A stretch of 64,000 bases of DNA from positions 17,484,001-17,548,000 of the forward strand of contig OY740786.1 of NCBI GenBank assembly GCA_963514005.1. The letters run 5' to 3'. Position 1 is the stretch's first letter; each line of letters begins with the position of its first letter. This document shows, one piece after another, positions 1 to 13,262 of the stretch. The DNA is from Raja brachyura (lineage: Eukaryota). The position numbers and the translations under genes were made by a program. The notes under the pieces are model-generated. The model was not told where the DNA came from, did not search any database, and was given only the letters and a program-made list of their open reading frames with translations.

Positions 1-3000
1 CAACGTTCCACCAGACCACCGTGCCTCTGTACTTCTCAACATCACTGGCCCAGAAGCTATCAAACGAGCAGAGCGCTTCGACTTTGCTCCTGCAGTTCTG
101 GATCACAACAATCAGATCATGGTACCTGCTGAAACTATAGATGATCCCTATATGCTGATCACCAAATTCAGACAACTATGTGACCTTCGCACTAACTCCG
201 TACTGGAACGTACTAAATATTTTGCTCGAAATCAGCTACAAGGTGAGCCTGTGGATACTTATATCAGCGCTCTAAAACATATTGCTGCACGCTGCTGTTT
301 TGCGAATCTGTGCGATGAACTCATCAGCGACAGACTGGTGGGTGGAATCCTCAGTGATAAATTGCGTGATGAATTACTCCGCAATACTGAACTAACCCTG
401 GCCAGAGGTTAACATGCTTATCGCATTGCTGAGCTCACCGACTCTCACACTAGATCATTGGGGCCAGGACCGCATTCCTCATACCATGTTGATGCTACTG
501 ACACCTCCTACCGCAACCAACGCTCCATGTCCCACACATCATCTCGACAATCTCAAAGATTTTTTGAAAAGTGTTCTAACGGTGGCGGATCGCACCCCGC
601 TGATCGCGAACTGTGCCTTGCCTTTGGAAAATTATGCCATTTTTGTAAAAGAAGAAACCATTTAATTAAATGCTTTCGAGCCCGTGGGAATCGTTCATTC
701 ACAAGGCAGCCTGTGCACTTGTTAAAACATTCTGATGTCGTGTATCAAGAGCTATCACCCCCTTCTCCGGTTACTCTCCCCAAGCCTGAAAATAACAGTC
801 TTAACATACACTACTTCCTGGCTGATTCCACCAACAAGCACCTAAACCCTGAAGTTTCACTTCGTGCCAACAATACCATTACTGTTGCAAAGATCGACAC
901 CGGGGCCAAATGTAACGTCATATCATTATCCGAATTTACAATAGTCAAGAATGCCGAACGTATTGTAAACACATCGGCCACTTTGTTAGCCTATGGGGGT
1001 TTGGGGGGGGGGGGGGGGTGCACCCAATTGGAAAAGTAGAGCTGAAATGCCACCTAGCGTTACAAGCTCACAGGCTGATCTTTTTTATTGTCCACGGGAA
1101 AGTTGCAACTCTGCTTGGCATTAACGCATGCCAGGACCTAGGACTGGTAACTTTCGGGCCTGCTGTCCATCAAATATCTCCTGCGAGGGCTCCAACCAGC
1201 AGATACTTTCCCAGTACAAGGAACTTTCTGACGATAAGCTTGGGAAGTTACCCATCAAATACAACATCATCACCGATGCAAATGTCTTACCTGTGGTACG
1301 AGCACCACGCCGCATTCCACATGCTATGTATGACAGAGTACACAATAAGCTCCAGCGGATGGTGTCCCTGGGTGTCATTGCCACGGTTACCGACCCATCC
1401 GCCTGGGTTTCCACCATGGTGGTCGCAACAAAGAAAAACAAAGAAGAAATCCAAATTTGTATCAACCCGATATCTGAACACAGTGATCAAATGCCCGCAC
1501 TACCTGATGTGCACGGTGGAGGAAGTTGCTGATCAGCTAGGCAGTGCCTCTGTGTTTTCTGTTCTGGCAGATCACGCTAGACCCCGACTCGTCCAATCTC
1601 ACCACGTTCGGCATCCTCTTTGGCCGTTACAAGTTCCTGCGGTTGCCCTTTGGCATTAACTCTGCTAGTGAAGTATTCCAGCGTACAATGGAACAATTAT
1701 TTGCGGAGTATCCTTATGCCATCATTGTCGACGACATTCTCATTGCTGGATGTGACATGCCTGAACATGATGCCAACTTAAAAAGGTACTGGACCGTGCA
1801 AAAGACATCCACCTCAATCTCAATCCTCTAAAGTGCAGATTCTGCGTCAAGAAGGTCCAGTATGTCGGACACGTATTCACTAGTGACGGCCTCAGACCTG
1901 ACCCCTCCAAGACCATTGCCATCAACGAGATGCCAGTTCCCACTGACGTGACAAGTTTGCAGATATTCCTGGGAATGGTTAACTACTTGGGGAAATTCAT
2001 TCCCAACCTCAGCGAAATATCTGCCCCCCTGCAACATCTGACTCACAAAGACACTCCATGGTCTTGGTACCCACAACACCAGAGGGCATTTGAAATCCTT
2101 AAATTACAATTGTCCAGTGCTCCTACCCTCGTTTATTTCGATTTAAACCTACCGGTGCCTCCCAATATGGACTTGGAGCTGCTTGCCTACAGAATTCTGT
2201 CGAGGGAGACTGCAGACCCATTGCTTATGCCTCCTGTACCTTTTCTGTGACAGAACAGCGAAAAGGAATTATTAGCCGTGGTTTTTGCCTGCACGAAATT
2301 CAAGGACTTTATTTTTAGGAAGTCCGTGGTTGTTGAGACAGACCAACAACCTTTGGTCACTATTCTGAACAAACCCATTCATGCTGCTCCTGCTTGCCTC
2401 CAATGCAAGATGATGCAGCTACAGAGTTTCGATTTCACCCCTAGTCTACAAAAGGGGCAAGGACAAGCATCTGGCTGACACGCTATCAAGAACCCCACAA
2501 ACAACCTACAAACAACAGCCATCTGAAAATGACCAGCTGGTGATGGTGTCTTATGTACGTACCTACAGAATGCCTAAATGACCTGGCAGAGCAAACCTCT
2601 GCAGATACAACTTTACAGCTACTGTCCTCAGTCATCCAGCGTGGCTGGCTGGATAAACAATAGCGCGTACCACTTCCTATTCCCCATACTACCTGGTCCA
2701 CGACGAACTGGTGCTGCAAGACGGTGTTGGAATCAAGAGTCACAAAACAGTTATCCCAACTGCCCTACGGGACAAATATAATTTGATGCCGTCCACAGGG
2801 GTCATGCCGGCGTGGAAGCAAACATACTCCGAACAAAGAGCATGTTTTTCTAGCCCGGAATGACTGAATCCGTGCGTGAGAAAGTTGAAGGCTGTGCTAT
2901 CTGCAACAGCCTGATGCCACACCAACAGAAGCAGCCCCTGCTCTCACACCCTGTTCCTCCCTCTGACTTGGTCCACGCTTGCTACTGACATATTAGTGTG

Positions 3001-4297
3001 GTGTGGCAAACAGTACCTGGTTCTCGTTGACTCGTATTCGAGCTGGTTCGAAATCGGCCTGCTCCAAAGTCTAATATTCGCTGCAATAATCCAAAAGTTG
3101 GCGTGCCATTTCATCATACACGGTGCCCCTGCACTCCGCTTGTCAGATAACGGCAGTCAGTTCACTAGCCAGTGTTTTAAAAACTTTGTTCAATGATGGG
3201 ATTTTCGCCATGTCACCAGCAGTCCAGTATTCCCACAATCAAACGAACTTGCAGAACAGGCTGTCCAGAGCGCCAAGCAATTGATGGAACGCTCACACCT
3301 TGCTAAATCCGATATCTACCTGGACCTGTTCAACCTGAGAAACATCGACCATGACCCAATACTGGGGCCTCCCGCCCATCGCCTGATGTCCCGACAGACC
3401 CGTGCTATACTGCCTGTGCCCCAACAACTACTGCAGCCACAGGTTTGTTCACCACTTGCTATCCAGAAACAACTCCAACTGAAACACTATACCCAAAAGC
3501 GATTTTTTGATAAGTCCAGCAAACTACTTACACCTCTCTCCAGTGGCCAAGTCGATCGCCTTCAAACCAACAAAGGCTATGGCCGTTTGCGTTTCATCCA
3601 CAGTCCCGCAAAAGAGCCACGCTCATACCTGGTGAGTGTAGATGGAGGGATTAACATCTCCTTCCTGTGAAGGAACCACGTCCTGCTGTCGCATATCCTG
3701 ATGCCCTGCGTCCAATCTACCCTCATACTGACGGACGTTATCTTCCCTCATGACCTGCAGCTGCAGACCCACTCTTGGTTGTGTGTCCAGCTCTTTCACC
3801 ACAACGCTCGGTGCCCCGGTCACCTGCCTTGCCATGTTTGTCTCCCGGCACATGGTTACCCAGCATTCTCGCCGGTGAAGGGAGGAGATGCTAATCTGTA
3901 CCGTACACGCACGGGACGGGTTTGTAGCCCGTCCCTTAGATACGGGGACGTTGTTTGAACCATTTGAACCTCCTTGTATGTGCTATTAACGTTTTGGTTA
4001 CATTATTAATCAGTCAGCACCTAGTAACGTGTTTATACATATATACCACTTTACTGTAGATCTGTTTCACTTTTTATTCTTACAAGGAAAGATGTAGATT
4101 AGTTACGTTACTTACTAACCAATGTAATGCTTTATTATTACTTTGCCTATTACCACACAATTCATATTATCGCAATCCGACATGTGCTGTTAGTTCGTAC
4201 TGCTGCATGGTAGGAGTAACATGTTGTAATGTGTTGTTTACGTTACTCAATAAATATTGTTATACCAGATCTGTGAGTATGTGTGATTTACTCAACA
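1..4297 (+). mobile_element. Decayed Ty3/Gypsy LTR retrotransposon (gag-PR-RT-RH-IN plus 3' LTR); 5' end lies outside the window
   Basis: Gag-like ORF 119-412 and CCHC knuckle CHFCKRRNHLIKC. Protease motif IDTGA near 892-906. RT motifs GRYKFLRLPFGINSASEVFQ and IIVDDILI; FLGMVNYLGKFIPNL; RNase H VVVETDQQPL; integrase LVLVDSYS and SDNGSQF. Many frameshifts and stops. Confidence 0.93.
4093..4297 (+). repeat. 3' LTR of the Gypsy element (~205 bp)
   Basis: Starts TGT immediately after the purine tract AAGGAAAGA, contains AATAAA near 4248 and ends CAACA. The 5' LTR is not in the window for comparison. Confidence 0.65.
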
Positions 4298-4849
4298 CTT
4301 TTGTAGCAGAAATGTTTTTCTGCACACCAAGGTATTGTTAATGAAGAGGTTTTGTAGCTTCCCACAGCTTTAGATTAAAATTATTTAATTGGGCGACTTG
4401 ATCTAGGTATGAACCATCCTGCTTGAGAATCCTGGCCTGGTGCACTGATCCACATAAGACCAAATGAATCGCAGTGTACAGCTCTCCTGAGTGTTGGTTA
4501 TGGCCTTCGAAAAACAAATGCCTCCCCAAACTCAGTTGTATGCTGCAAAGTCTATTTGCTTTGAAATTACTGCTGCTGCACCCCCAGCTTCTGGCTCCAA
4601 ACACTCCTCAAATCAAATTAGAATAGCAATAATGTCATCAAAAGCTTGTTCAGGTGTTTAGACAGCTGAACTTTAAAATGACAGCCTTGATTTCTGAATA
4701 AACTCTTTAAATACTACTGCAGTAATTCTGACAGGCAGACGGTGCCAGGATTGACACTATCTCCCAGCAGATGAATTCTCATCAGTTCTATTTCCCCTTT
4801 AATTTCCGCTCCAACTTATTATTCCATATCCCCACCCATGCCCCTTTTG

Positions 4850-5050
4850 ATTCATTTATGGGGAGTAAGTAACAATCAATTAACATACCAGCACATCTTT
4901 GAAATGTGTAAGGGAACTGGTGCACCCAGGGAAAACCCATGCACTCGCAGCGAGAATGTGTAAACTCTGCACAGACAGCACTGGAGATCCAGATTGAATC
5001 CAGGTCACTGGAGCTGTGAGGCAGGAGCACTATCCGCACCACCACTCTGC
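4850..5050 (-). mobile_element. tRNA-derived V-SINE/HE1-like SINE, degenerate
   Basis: Core GAAAACCCATGCA...GAGAATGTGTAAACTCTGCACAGACAGCAC is shared with copies at ~25700, ~44600/51210 and ~58700. Confidence 0.65.
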
Positions 5051-5375
5051 AACATCAATGTAATGCTAATTGATTTTGTTCCATGGGATTCAATTCCAGT
5101 ATTCAAAACTCCTACCAGTTTGTTCCTCCAATTTCAAAGAGTGTGTTGTTAAAACGACAAAAGGCAGGAATATATGGGGAACATGGGTGGAAGTAGACGA
5201 CCAATGAAAATTACATTGACTGTCTGCCCTGTACCCTCCAGTGGGCAGGATTAAGTTCAGGCATTAACAGAAGCACACTTACAACTCAAAAATGCAGATG
5301 GATCAACGGCCGTGCATGATGAGCAACCAGATGAGACTTACTTTGTTGCTGACTTGGCTTCTCTAAAATACTGAC

Positions 5376-5486
5376 CTTACCACTAAGCATATTCTCCACC
5401 TTGGAGATCTCAGTAATATAATCCTGGATTTTGAGTTTCAAATCTTTATTCTCTTGTATAGATTCTTCCAGTTTCCGGTTTGCTGC
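5376..5486 (-). CDS. TSGA10: TSGA10 internal exon (AANRKLEESIQENKDLKLKIQDYITEISKVENMLSGK)
   Basis: cag/ acceptor and /gtcagt donor, 111 nt, phase 0-0. Same length and position as the recalled human TSGA10 segment ALSKKL...NILKSE. Confidence 0.88.
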
Positions 5487-6226
5487 CTGTAACAAACAAG
5501 TTCATACAACTGAAATATGCCAAACCTACAAATTGTCAGGATTTTGTGCAATTTTCCTTAAATGGAACATTTTATGTTTAACAATGTACATTTCAACCAC
5601 TATGGCTAAAACTTATTAAAAAAACCAAATGGTAACCTGGAGGACCAGTGTACATATGTAAACATGAGTTCTATAGGTTGTAAACACGTGTCTTTGGAGA
5701 TTTTACAGAGGGTCAAATAAAAAAGCAGACCCAGACTTTCTGCAACTGAATATGTCTGCAGATCTGAGATAATAAGTGGATAACTTCTCAGTGGATGAGG
5801 TTTTTTTTTTGGGAGTGGCCTTTGTTAGACTCGAGTATGCCTAACTGTGGGTTGGTGCATCTACAGTTGTTCAGAAGCAAATGAGATTTAATACAGATGA
5901 GAAAAATATAACTCTTCATAGTTTCTGGATTTGACCAGTTGGAAAGCTAGACATCAGCTGGCATTAACCATTCAAAGGTCACAAACAGGATCAGAAAAAG
6001 CAATATGTAAAGAGGAAACTAACCCCTGCAGATTTGCATGGACTCATGGCTAAAATTTTAAATAAGAACCACAAGCCTAACCTTTCCAGATTTAATTAAA
6101 TATGGCTAAGCGAAGAAAAAGTATAAATGCAGGCCCAATTATGCATAAATCCGAGATCAGCAACTCATGGTAAATGACAGCAGAGCTGATTTGGCTTCTT
6201 CAGCCTAAATACCATTTATTTACATA

Positions 6227-8360
6227 ATGGCATGCAAAAATGCTGCATCATTGGATATGCAATGGAAGGCATTTAAAGGCTGCATGGATGAACTACAACA
6301 ATTGTTCATCTCAGTTTGGCAGAAGAATAAATCAGGGAATGTAGTGCATCCGTGGATAACAAGGGAAATCAGGGATAGTATCAAATCTAAAGATGAAGCA
6401 TACAAATTAGCCAGAAAAAGCAGCCTACCAGAGGACTGGGAGAAATTCAGAGTCCAGCAGAGGAGGACAAAGTGCTTAATTAGGAAAGGGAAAATAGATT
6501 ATGAAAGAAAACTGGCAGGGAACATAAAAAACAGACTGCAAAAGTTTTTATAGATATGTGAAGAGAAAAAGATTAGTTAAAACAAACGTAGGTCCCTTGC
6601 AGTCAGAAACTGGTGAATTGATCATGGGGAACAAGGAAATGGCAGACCAATTGAATAACTACTTTGGTTCTGTCTTCACTAAGGAAGACATAAATAATCT
6701 GCCGGAAATAGCAGTGGAACGGGGGTCAAATGGGATGGAGGAACTGAGTGAAATCCAGGTTAGCCGGGAAGTGGTGTTAGGTAAATTGAATGGATTAAAG
6801 GCCAATAAATACCCAGGGCCAGATAGGCTGCATCCCAGAGTACTTAAGGAAGTAGCCCCAGAAATAGTGGATGCATTAGTGATAATTTTTCAAAACTCTT
6901 TAGATTCTGGAGTAGTTCCTGAGGATTAGAGGGTAGCTAATGTAACCCCACTTTTAAAAAGGGAGGGAGAGAGAAAACGGGGAATTACAGACCAGTTAGT
7001 CTAACATCGGCAGTGGGGAAAATGCTAGTCAGTTATTAAAGATGGGATAGCAGCACATTTGGAAAGTGGTGAAATCATTGGACAAAGTCAGCATGGATTT
7101 ATGAAAGGTAAATCATGTCTGACGAATCTTATAGAATTTTTCAAGGATGTAACTAGTAGAGTGGATAAGGGAGAACCTGTGGATGTGTTATATCTGGACT
7201 TTCAGAAGGCTTTCGACAAGGTCCCACATAAGAGATTAGCATACAAACTTAGGGGTTTAGTATTGATGTGGATAGAGAACTGGCTGGCAGACAGGAAGCA
7301 AAGAGTAGGAGTAAATGGGTCATTTTCAGAATGGCAGGCAGTGACTAGTGGGGTACCGCAAGGCTCAATGCTGGGACCCCAGCTATTTACAATATATATT
7401 AATGATCTGGATGAGGGAATTGAATGCAACATCTCCAAGTTTGTGGATGACACGAAGCTAAGGGGCAGTGTTAGCTGTGAGGAGGATGCTAGGAGGCTGC
7501 AAGCTGACTTGGATAGGTTGGGTGAGTGGGAAAATGCATGGCAGATGCAGTATAATGTGGATAAATGTGAGGTTATCCACTTTGGCGGCAAAAACAGGAG
7601 GGTAGACTATTATCTGAATGGTGGCAGATTAGGAAAAGTGGAGATGCAACGAGACCTGGGTGTCATGGTACACCAGTCATTGAAAGTAGGCATGCAGGTG
7701 CAGCAGGCTGTGAAGAAAGTGAATGGTATGTTGGCATTCATAGCAAAAGGATTTGAGTACAAGAGCAGGGAGGTTCTACTGCAGTTGTACAAGGTTTTGG
7801 TGAGGCCACACCTGGAGTATTGCGTACAGTTTTGGTCTCCTAATCTGAGGAAATACATTCTTGCCATAGAGGTAGTACAGAGAAGGTTCACCAGACTGAT
7901 TCCTGGGATGGCAGGACTTCCATATAAAGAAAGACTGGATAGCCTCGGCTTGTACTCGCTGGAATTTAGGAGATTGAGGGGGGATCTTATAGAGACTTAC
8001 AAAGTTCTTAAGGGGTTGGACAGGCTAGATGCAGGGAGATTGTTCCCGATGTTGGGGAACTCCAGAACAAGGGGTCACAGTTTAGGGATAAGGGGGAAGC
8101 CTTTTAGGACCGAGATGAGAAGATCATTTTTCACACAGAGAGTGGTGAGTCTGTGGAATTCTCTGCCACAGAAGGTAGTTGAGGCCAGTTCATTGGCTAT
8201 ATTTTAGAAGGAGTTAGATGTGGCCCTTGTGGCTAAAGGGATCAGGGGGTATGGAGAGAAGGCAGGTACAGGATACTGAGTTGGATGATCAGCCATGATG
8301 ATATTGAATGTCGAAGGACCGAATGGCCTACTCCTACACCTATTTTCTATGATTCCATGA
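6227..8360 (+). mobile_element. CR1/HER1-type LINE, 5'-truncated ORF2 (RT) and 3' UTR
   Basis: SQHGFMKGKSCLTNL, YLDFQKAFDKVPH, SGVPQGS, KFVDDTKL and RPHLEYCVQFWSP motifs, with a typical 3' UTR and short repeat tail. Confidence 0.95.
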
Positions 8361-10239
8361 TTCTACCAATGTGTAGTTCAAAGGTTAGCCTGAAAAATCC
8401 AATGGAAATCTGAAACAAAAACAGAAAATGCTAGAAACAAGCGTTGGTTGCATTGCAGAGAGAGATACACAGGTTAATGTTTCAGTTGGAAGACCATTCA
8501 TCCAATGCATTTTTTTCCTTTTGTTTCAGATGCTAGTCTTCTGGGCAAATCGGCATCTCTGACAGTAAGTGTAAACATCGGCCTATAAGCGAGTTCCACC
8601 ACAATTACATCATAGGTGATCTGCAGCCTAACTCAAATTCCTCCCTTTCGTTGCTTGATATCTTTTGACATCTAACAAAGATTGATTAACTTTAATTGCA
8701 TCACCTTATGTGCCAGTATAAACCTGTGGATGACTTATTATCACTCACATTTCTAGTAACTATGAAAGAAGTGAAGGAAAACTGAGATAAACAGTAAGTC
8801 CTTAAATGTCCACTCAACTTCATTTCCCATTTTTGTTTATTAATATCACAAAAAGTAATCAGTCTCGCTCTGGTAACTTTCAATTGACCTAGACAGTCTT
8901 CTTAGAATTAAATCACAATTACATCACATTTTAAATAAATTAAATTTCATTCTCAAATGACTGGCTCCATTTAATATTATTTTCCATTGCTCTGGCTTAT
9001 TTTACCAGAAAATAATTATTCCTCTGTATCTACTTAATCATTTACAAAATTTGACAATTAGATCATCACTCAGCCTGCTAAGCTCATTCATACAAGCTGA
9101 GTTAATGTAACTCGAGATCATAATTTAAGCCCTTCAGCTCTGGTACTGCACTATATATATATATCATCTTGCTTTGTACCTGTGCAGTAGCTTTGTGATT
9201 TTTCTTTTCACTTTCTCATTTCTTTACATTAAAATATTTTGATTCACTATTCTCAAACTTCACCACATAGAACTACAATTAAAATGCCCTTCCCATTTAC
9301 TTAACTTGTATGTTTCCCTATAACATTTCTTCACAAGTACACACTTTACTTCACCTCCTGATTTAGTGTCATCTACAAATAGTGGAAACACTAGGCCTGA
9401 ACCTTTGACACAATTCATTGTTGTACGCGATAAAAAAATTGACACCCTTCTTTGGTCCTCTGGGGAACTTTCTCCTTTATCTTTACACTTTGTAACTTAG
9501 TACTTCACATCAAAGAGATTATCTCTAATTTCATTCTAACTTTACTAGTAATATCAAGTCATACACTATGAAATGGATTCTGAAAGTCGACGCAGACACT
9601 ATCCGCATTTTGGTGGCTGCATCAAACATTAATTGTGTGCAAGGTTTACTTCACAAGTTGATATTGGCTCAGCATTATATTATGATCTTCACCAAATTTG
9701 ATTCTGTAAGTCAGTTTTTAATGTTTCTTACCATGAATAAACTCATTTTTAATTCTTAAATTGGCTATACGATTTCTGTAACGGTTTAAAATATTAAATA
9801 AGCAATATTTTATGTCAATTGCTCTGCTCCTGATTACTACAAAAACTTTTTTACTCCAGTTATCACATTGCTAAAATTTCATAACACCATTTTCATGGTG
9901 CATTTATTATGTAAAAATATCCCAAAGCTATTTAGAGAAGTAGATTCAAATAGCCAAAGGAGGAGATAGTTGGAGAGGTGACGGAATGGTAGATAAATGG
10001 ATATGCAGCTTCAGACTGAATAAGTGTCTTGACTCGAAGCATCACCTATCCATATTCTCCAGAGATGTTGACTGACCTGCTTAGTTACTCCAATACTTTT
10101 TTAAAATTATTAATTTAAAATAATAGTTTTATCTTAAACTAGTTAAGTTGCAACAGGACATCCTGTTTAATATTTTGTCAGTTTGAATACTGTCAGAGCT
10201 ACCCTTTACCAGAACATAGAATTATACTAATAGTGTCAG

Positions 10240-11610
10240 TCACACAGCATAGAAACAGGTCCTTCACCCCAACTTGTCCATGTCAATCAAGATGCCCATC
10301 TGCTGCGAGTTGCTAGTTTCATTTGGTCGTATTTGGCCCATTTCTCTCTAAATCTTTTTTATTCACGTCCTGGTCTAAGTATCTTTGAAAAGTTGTTAGT
10401 GTACTTGCCTCAACCAATTCCTCAGGCAGCTCTTTCCAATGTGCAAATGTCCTTCAAGTTCCGATTTTCCCCTCTCACTTTAAAGCTGTGCGCTTTAGTT
10501 CTCGATTTCCCTTTTCCACAGTCTCAGGAAAAAGACTGTGTGTATTCAACATATGTGTGCCCCTCATCATGTTATAAAAACAGACATGGAAACATAAAAA
10601 GTAGGTGCAGGAGTAGGCCCTTCAGCCCTTCGAACCAGCACCGCCATTCAATATGATCATGGCTGATCATCCAAAATCAGAATCCTGTTCTGGCTTATTC
10701 ACCATATCCCTTGACTCCTTTAGCCCTAAGAGCTAAATCTAACTCTCTTTAAAACATCCAATGAATTGGCCCCCACTGCTTTTTGTGGCAGAGAATTCCA
10801 CAGATTCACAACTCTCTGGGTGAAAAAGATTTTCCTCATCACAGTCCTAAATGGCCAACCCCTTATTATTAAACTGTGACGCCTGGTTCTGGACTCCCCC
10901 AACATCAGGAACATTTTTCCTGCATCTGCCCTGTCCAATTCTCTAAGAATTTTATGTTTCTATAAGACCCCTCTAAATTCCAGCGAATACAAGCCCAGTC
11001 GACCAATTTTTTAATCATACGTAAATCAGGCCATCCCGGGAATTAACCGGGTGAACCTACGCTGCACTCCCTCAATAGCAATAATGTCCTTCCTCAAACT
11101 AGGAGACTTGCACATAATACTCAAGGTGTGGTCTCACCAGGGCCCTGTACAACTGCAGTAGGACCTCCTTGCTCCCAAATTCAAATCCTCTCGAAATTGT
11201 CGCGTTCTAAATTTCTCCCAGTCCTCTGGTTTACCGCTTCTTCTGGCCAATTTATATACCTCTTCCTTGGCTTTAACACTATCCTTAACTTCCCTCGTCA
11301 GTCACGGTTGAGCCTCCTTCCCAGTTTTATTTTATTGCCAGATAAATATGCCTCTATAAGATAATTGAGAGGTTCTTGGTTCTTGGTTACTTGGTCCTCC
11401 AAAATATTCCAACTGGAATTTAAACTGGAGGTCTCCTACACACCAAGGAATAAATACCCAGCCTGCCCAATCTCTCCCTATAACTCAGTCCCTTGAATGC
11501 TGGCAACATCCTCACAAACCTTTTCTGCTTTTCCACCTTAATATCATCTTTCCTAATGTAGGGTGACCATAACCGAACACAATACTCCAATTTTTGCCTC
11601 AATGTCCCGT
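10240..11610 (-). mobile_element. Cluster of CR1 3'-end fragments
   Basis: ORFs 10726-10938 (FFTQRVVNLWNSLP) and 11420-11602 (LEYCVRLWSP), plus CR1 3' UTR motifs. Confidence 0.85.
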
Positions 11611-12719
11611 GCGCATAGATTATAACATTTCTTATTTCAAACTAACTGACAAATAGTACACAGTAGCAACTAACTGATTTAGAATCAATTAATTATTGTA
11701 TTGTTGTTTTTTCATAATGGCCTCAGCAACATTGAAAAGGTCACCTCTATTTTGGACTCCCAGCAATGTTTGGGCCATTGGCGAAGAATGGACACATGTT
11801 ATGGATGTCAGTGAGTTTGTTGGATCTCGTGTACTCTTTCCACCTATCTGTTCTTTAAGTTATGAGTTTCCTACTGGAACTTTGCAATATGGTGGGACTT
11901 TCAATCTTGCTTTTGAGGTTAGTTAACATGGATTTCAGGGTCATTCTTATCAGTCTAGTCCTGGTTCTTCTTGGAACAGAGACAGAGTATCTTCTGAGAT
12001 GCCAATTATAGTAGATTTCATGGCAATCCACCTGCTGACCTGCTGTGCACAATGTGGCTCTTGGTTACTTATCTTCATGAGGTACTGGAGTGTTTCTACA
12101 TTGTTGTTGCAACACTAGAAAGTAAAATGGCCACTCCTAGCTGGCAATATTCACTTGTTTATGCCACAGCCAATACTTTTTAGAAGTTGAATGAGTAATT
12201 AGAATTTAATATTATAAGCTAAAGACTGGGAATATTTCCCGAGTGCCCAATTTACTTCCTCAGGGAGAGTTGGCTTCAAAATGCAAGGAAAGCCAAAATG
12301 CTGTTAGTGATCTGAATAATTTAAAACCATAATAATAATGTCACATTAAAGTGAAGTGACACAGAGCAGCAACTTGTGATTATATTCTTTGAAGTTTGAT
12401 CATTTTTAATGCTATTGAAATTATCCCTCAGGTATTTTTCCTGAACACGCAACCAAGACCTTCGAAAGGAATTAAATTATCAGATGGATTATTTAATAGG
12501 ATGCAAGATCCTGGGATTTCTGTGCATGATGTGAAAAGTAAACCAGTAATAGTGGAGAGGCAAAACAATTAGTGGCACAATTTGGTTCCATGCTCCCTCA
12601 TGGTTCTCATGCTGAAGTCACACAACTATGTTGTATTCTGTTGTTACATTGTTCAAGTTTAAGATAGATACAATAAAACTCCAATGCAGTTTTATTCATT
12701 CAAATACAGAAGTATGATT

Positions 12720-13260
12720 CCATATGTATTTGGAGTATTGGGTGCAGTTCCTGTTGCCCCATTACAGGAAAATCATGGAGGCTTTGGAGAGGGTGCAAAG
12801 AGGTTTACCAGAATGCTGCCTGGATTAGAGGATTTCAGCTACAGGGACAGGTTGGATAGACTTGGATTTTTTCTCTGGAACATCAGAGACTGAGGGGAGA
12901 CTTAATAGAAGCATATAAAATTATGAGATGTATTAATAGGGTAGAGATAACTTTTTTTTCCAGGACGGAAATATCCAACACTAGAGAGCATAGCTATAAG
13001 GCAAGAGGGGGAAAGTTTAATGGAGATATGCGGGAAACGTTTTATTTACGCTGGGAATAGTTGGGGTCTGGAATGCAATGCCAAGGGTGGTGGTGGAGGC
13101 AGATACGATAGCGGTATTTAAGTGGTTTTTAGATAGCACATGGAAGTGCAGGGAATAGAGGGATGGATGATGTGCAGGCAGATGAGATCAGTTTAACTAG
13201 GCTTCATTCACAAACATTATAGGCCAAAGGCCCATTTCTATGCTATACAGTTTTATGTTC
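12720..13260 (+). mobile_element. CR1 3' fragment
   Basis: RFTRMLPGLEDFSYRDRLDRLG and a CR1-like 3' UTR. Confidence 0.85.
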
Positions 13261-13262
13261 TA

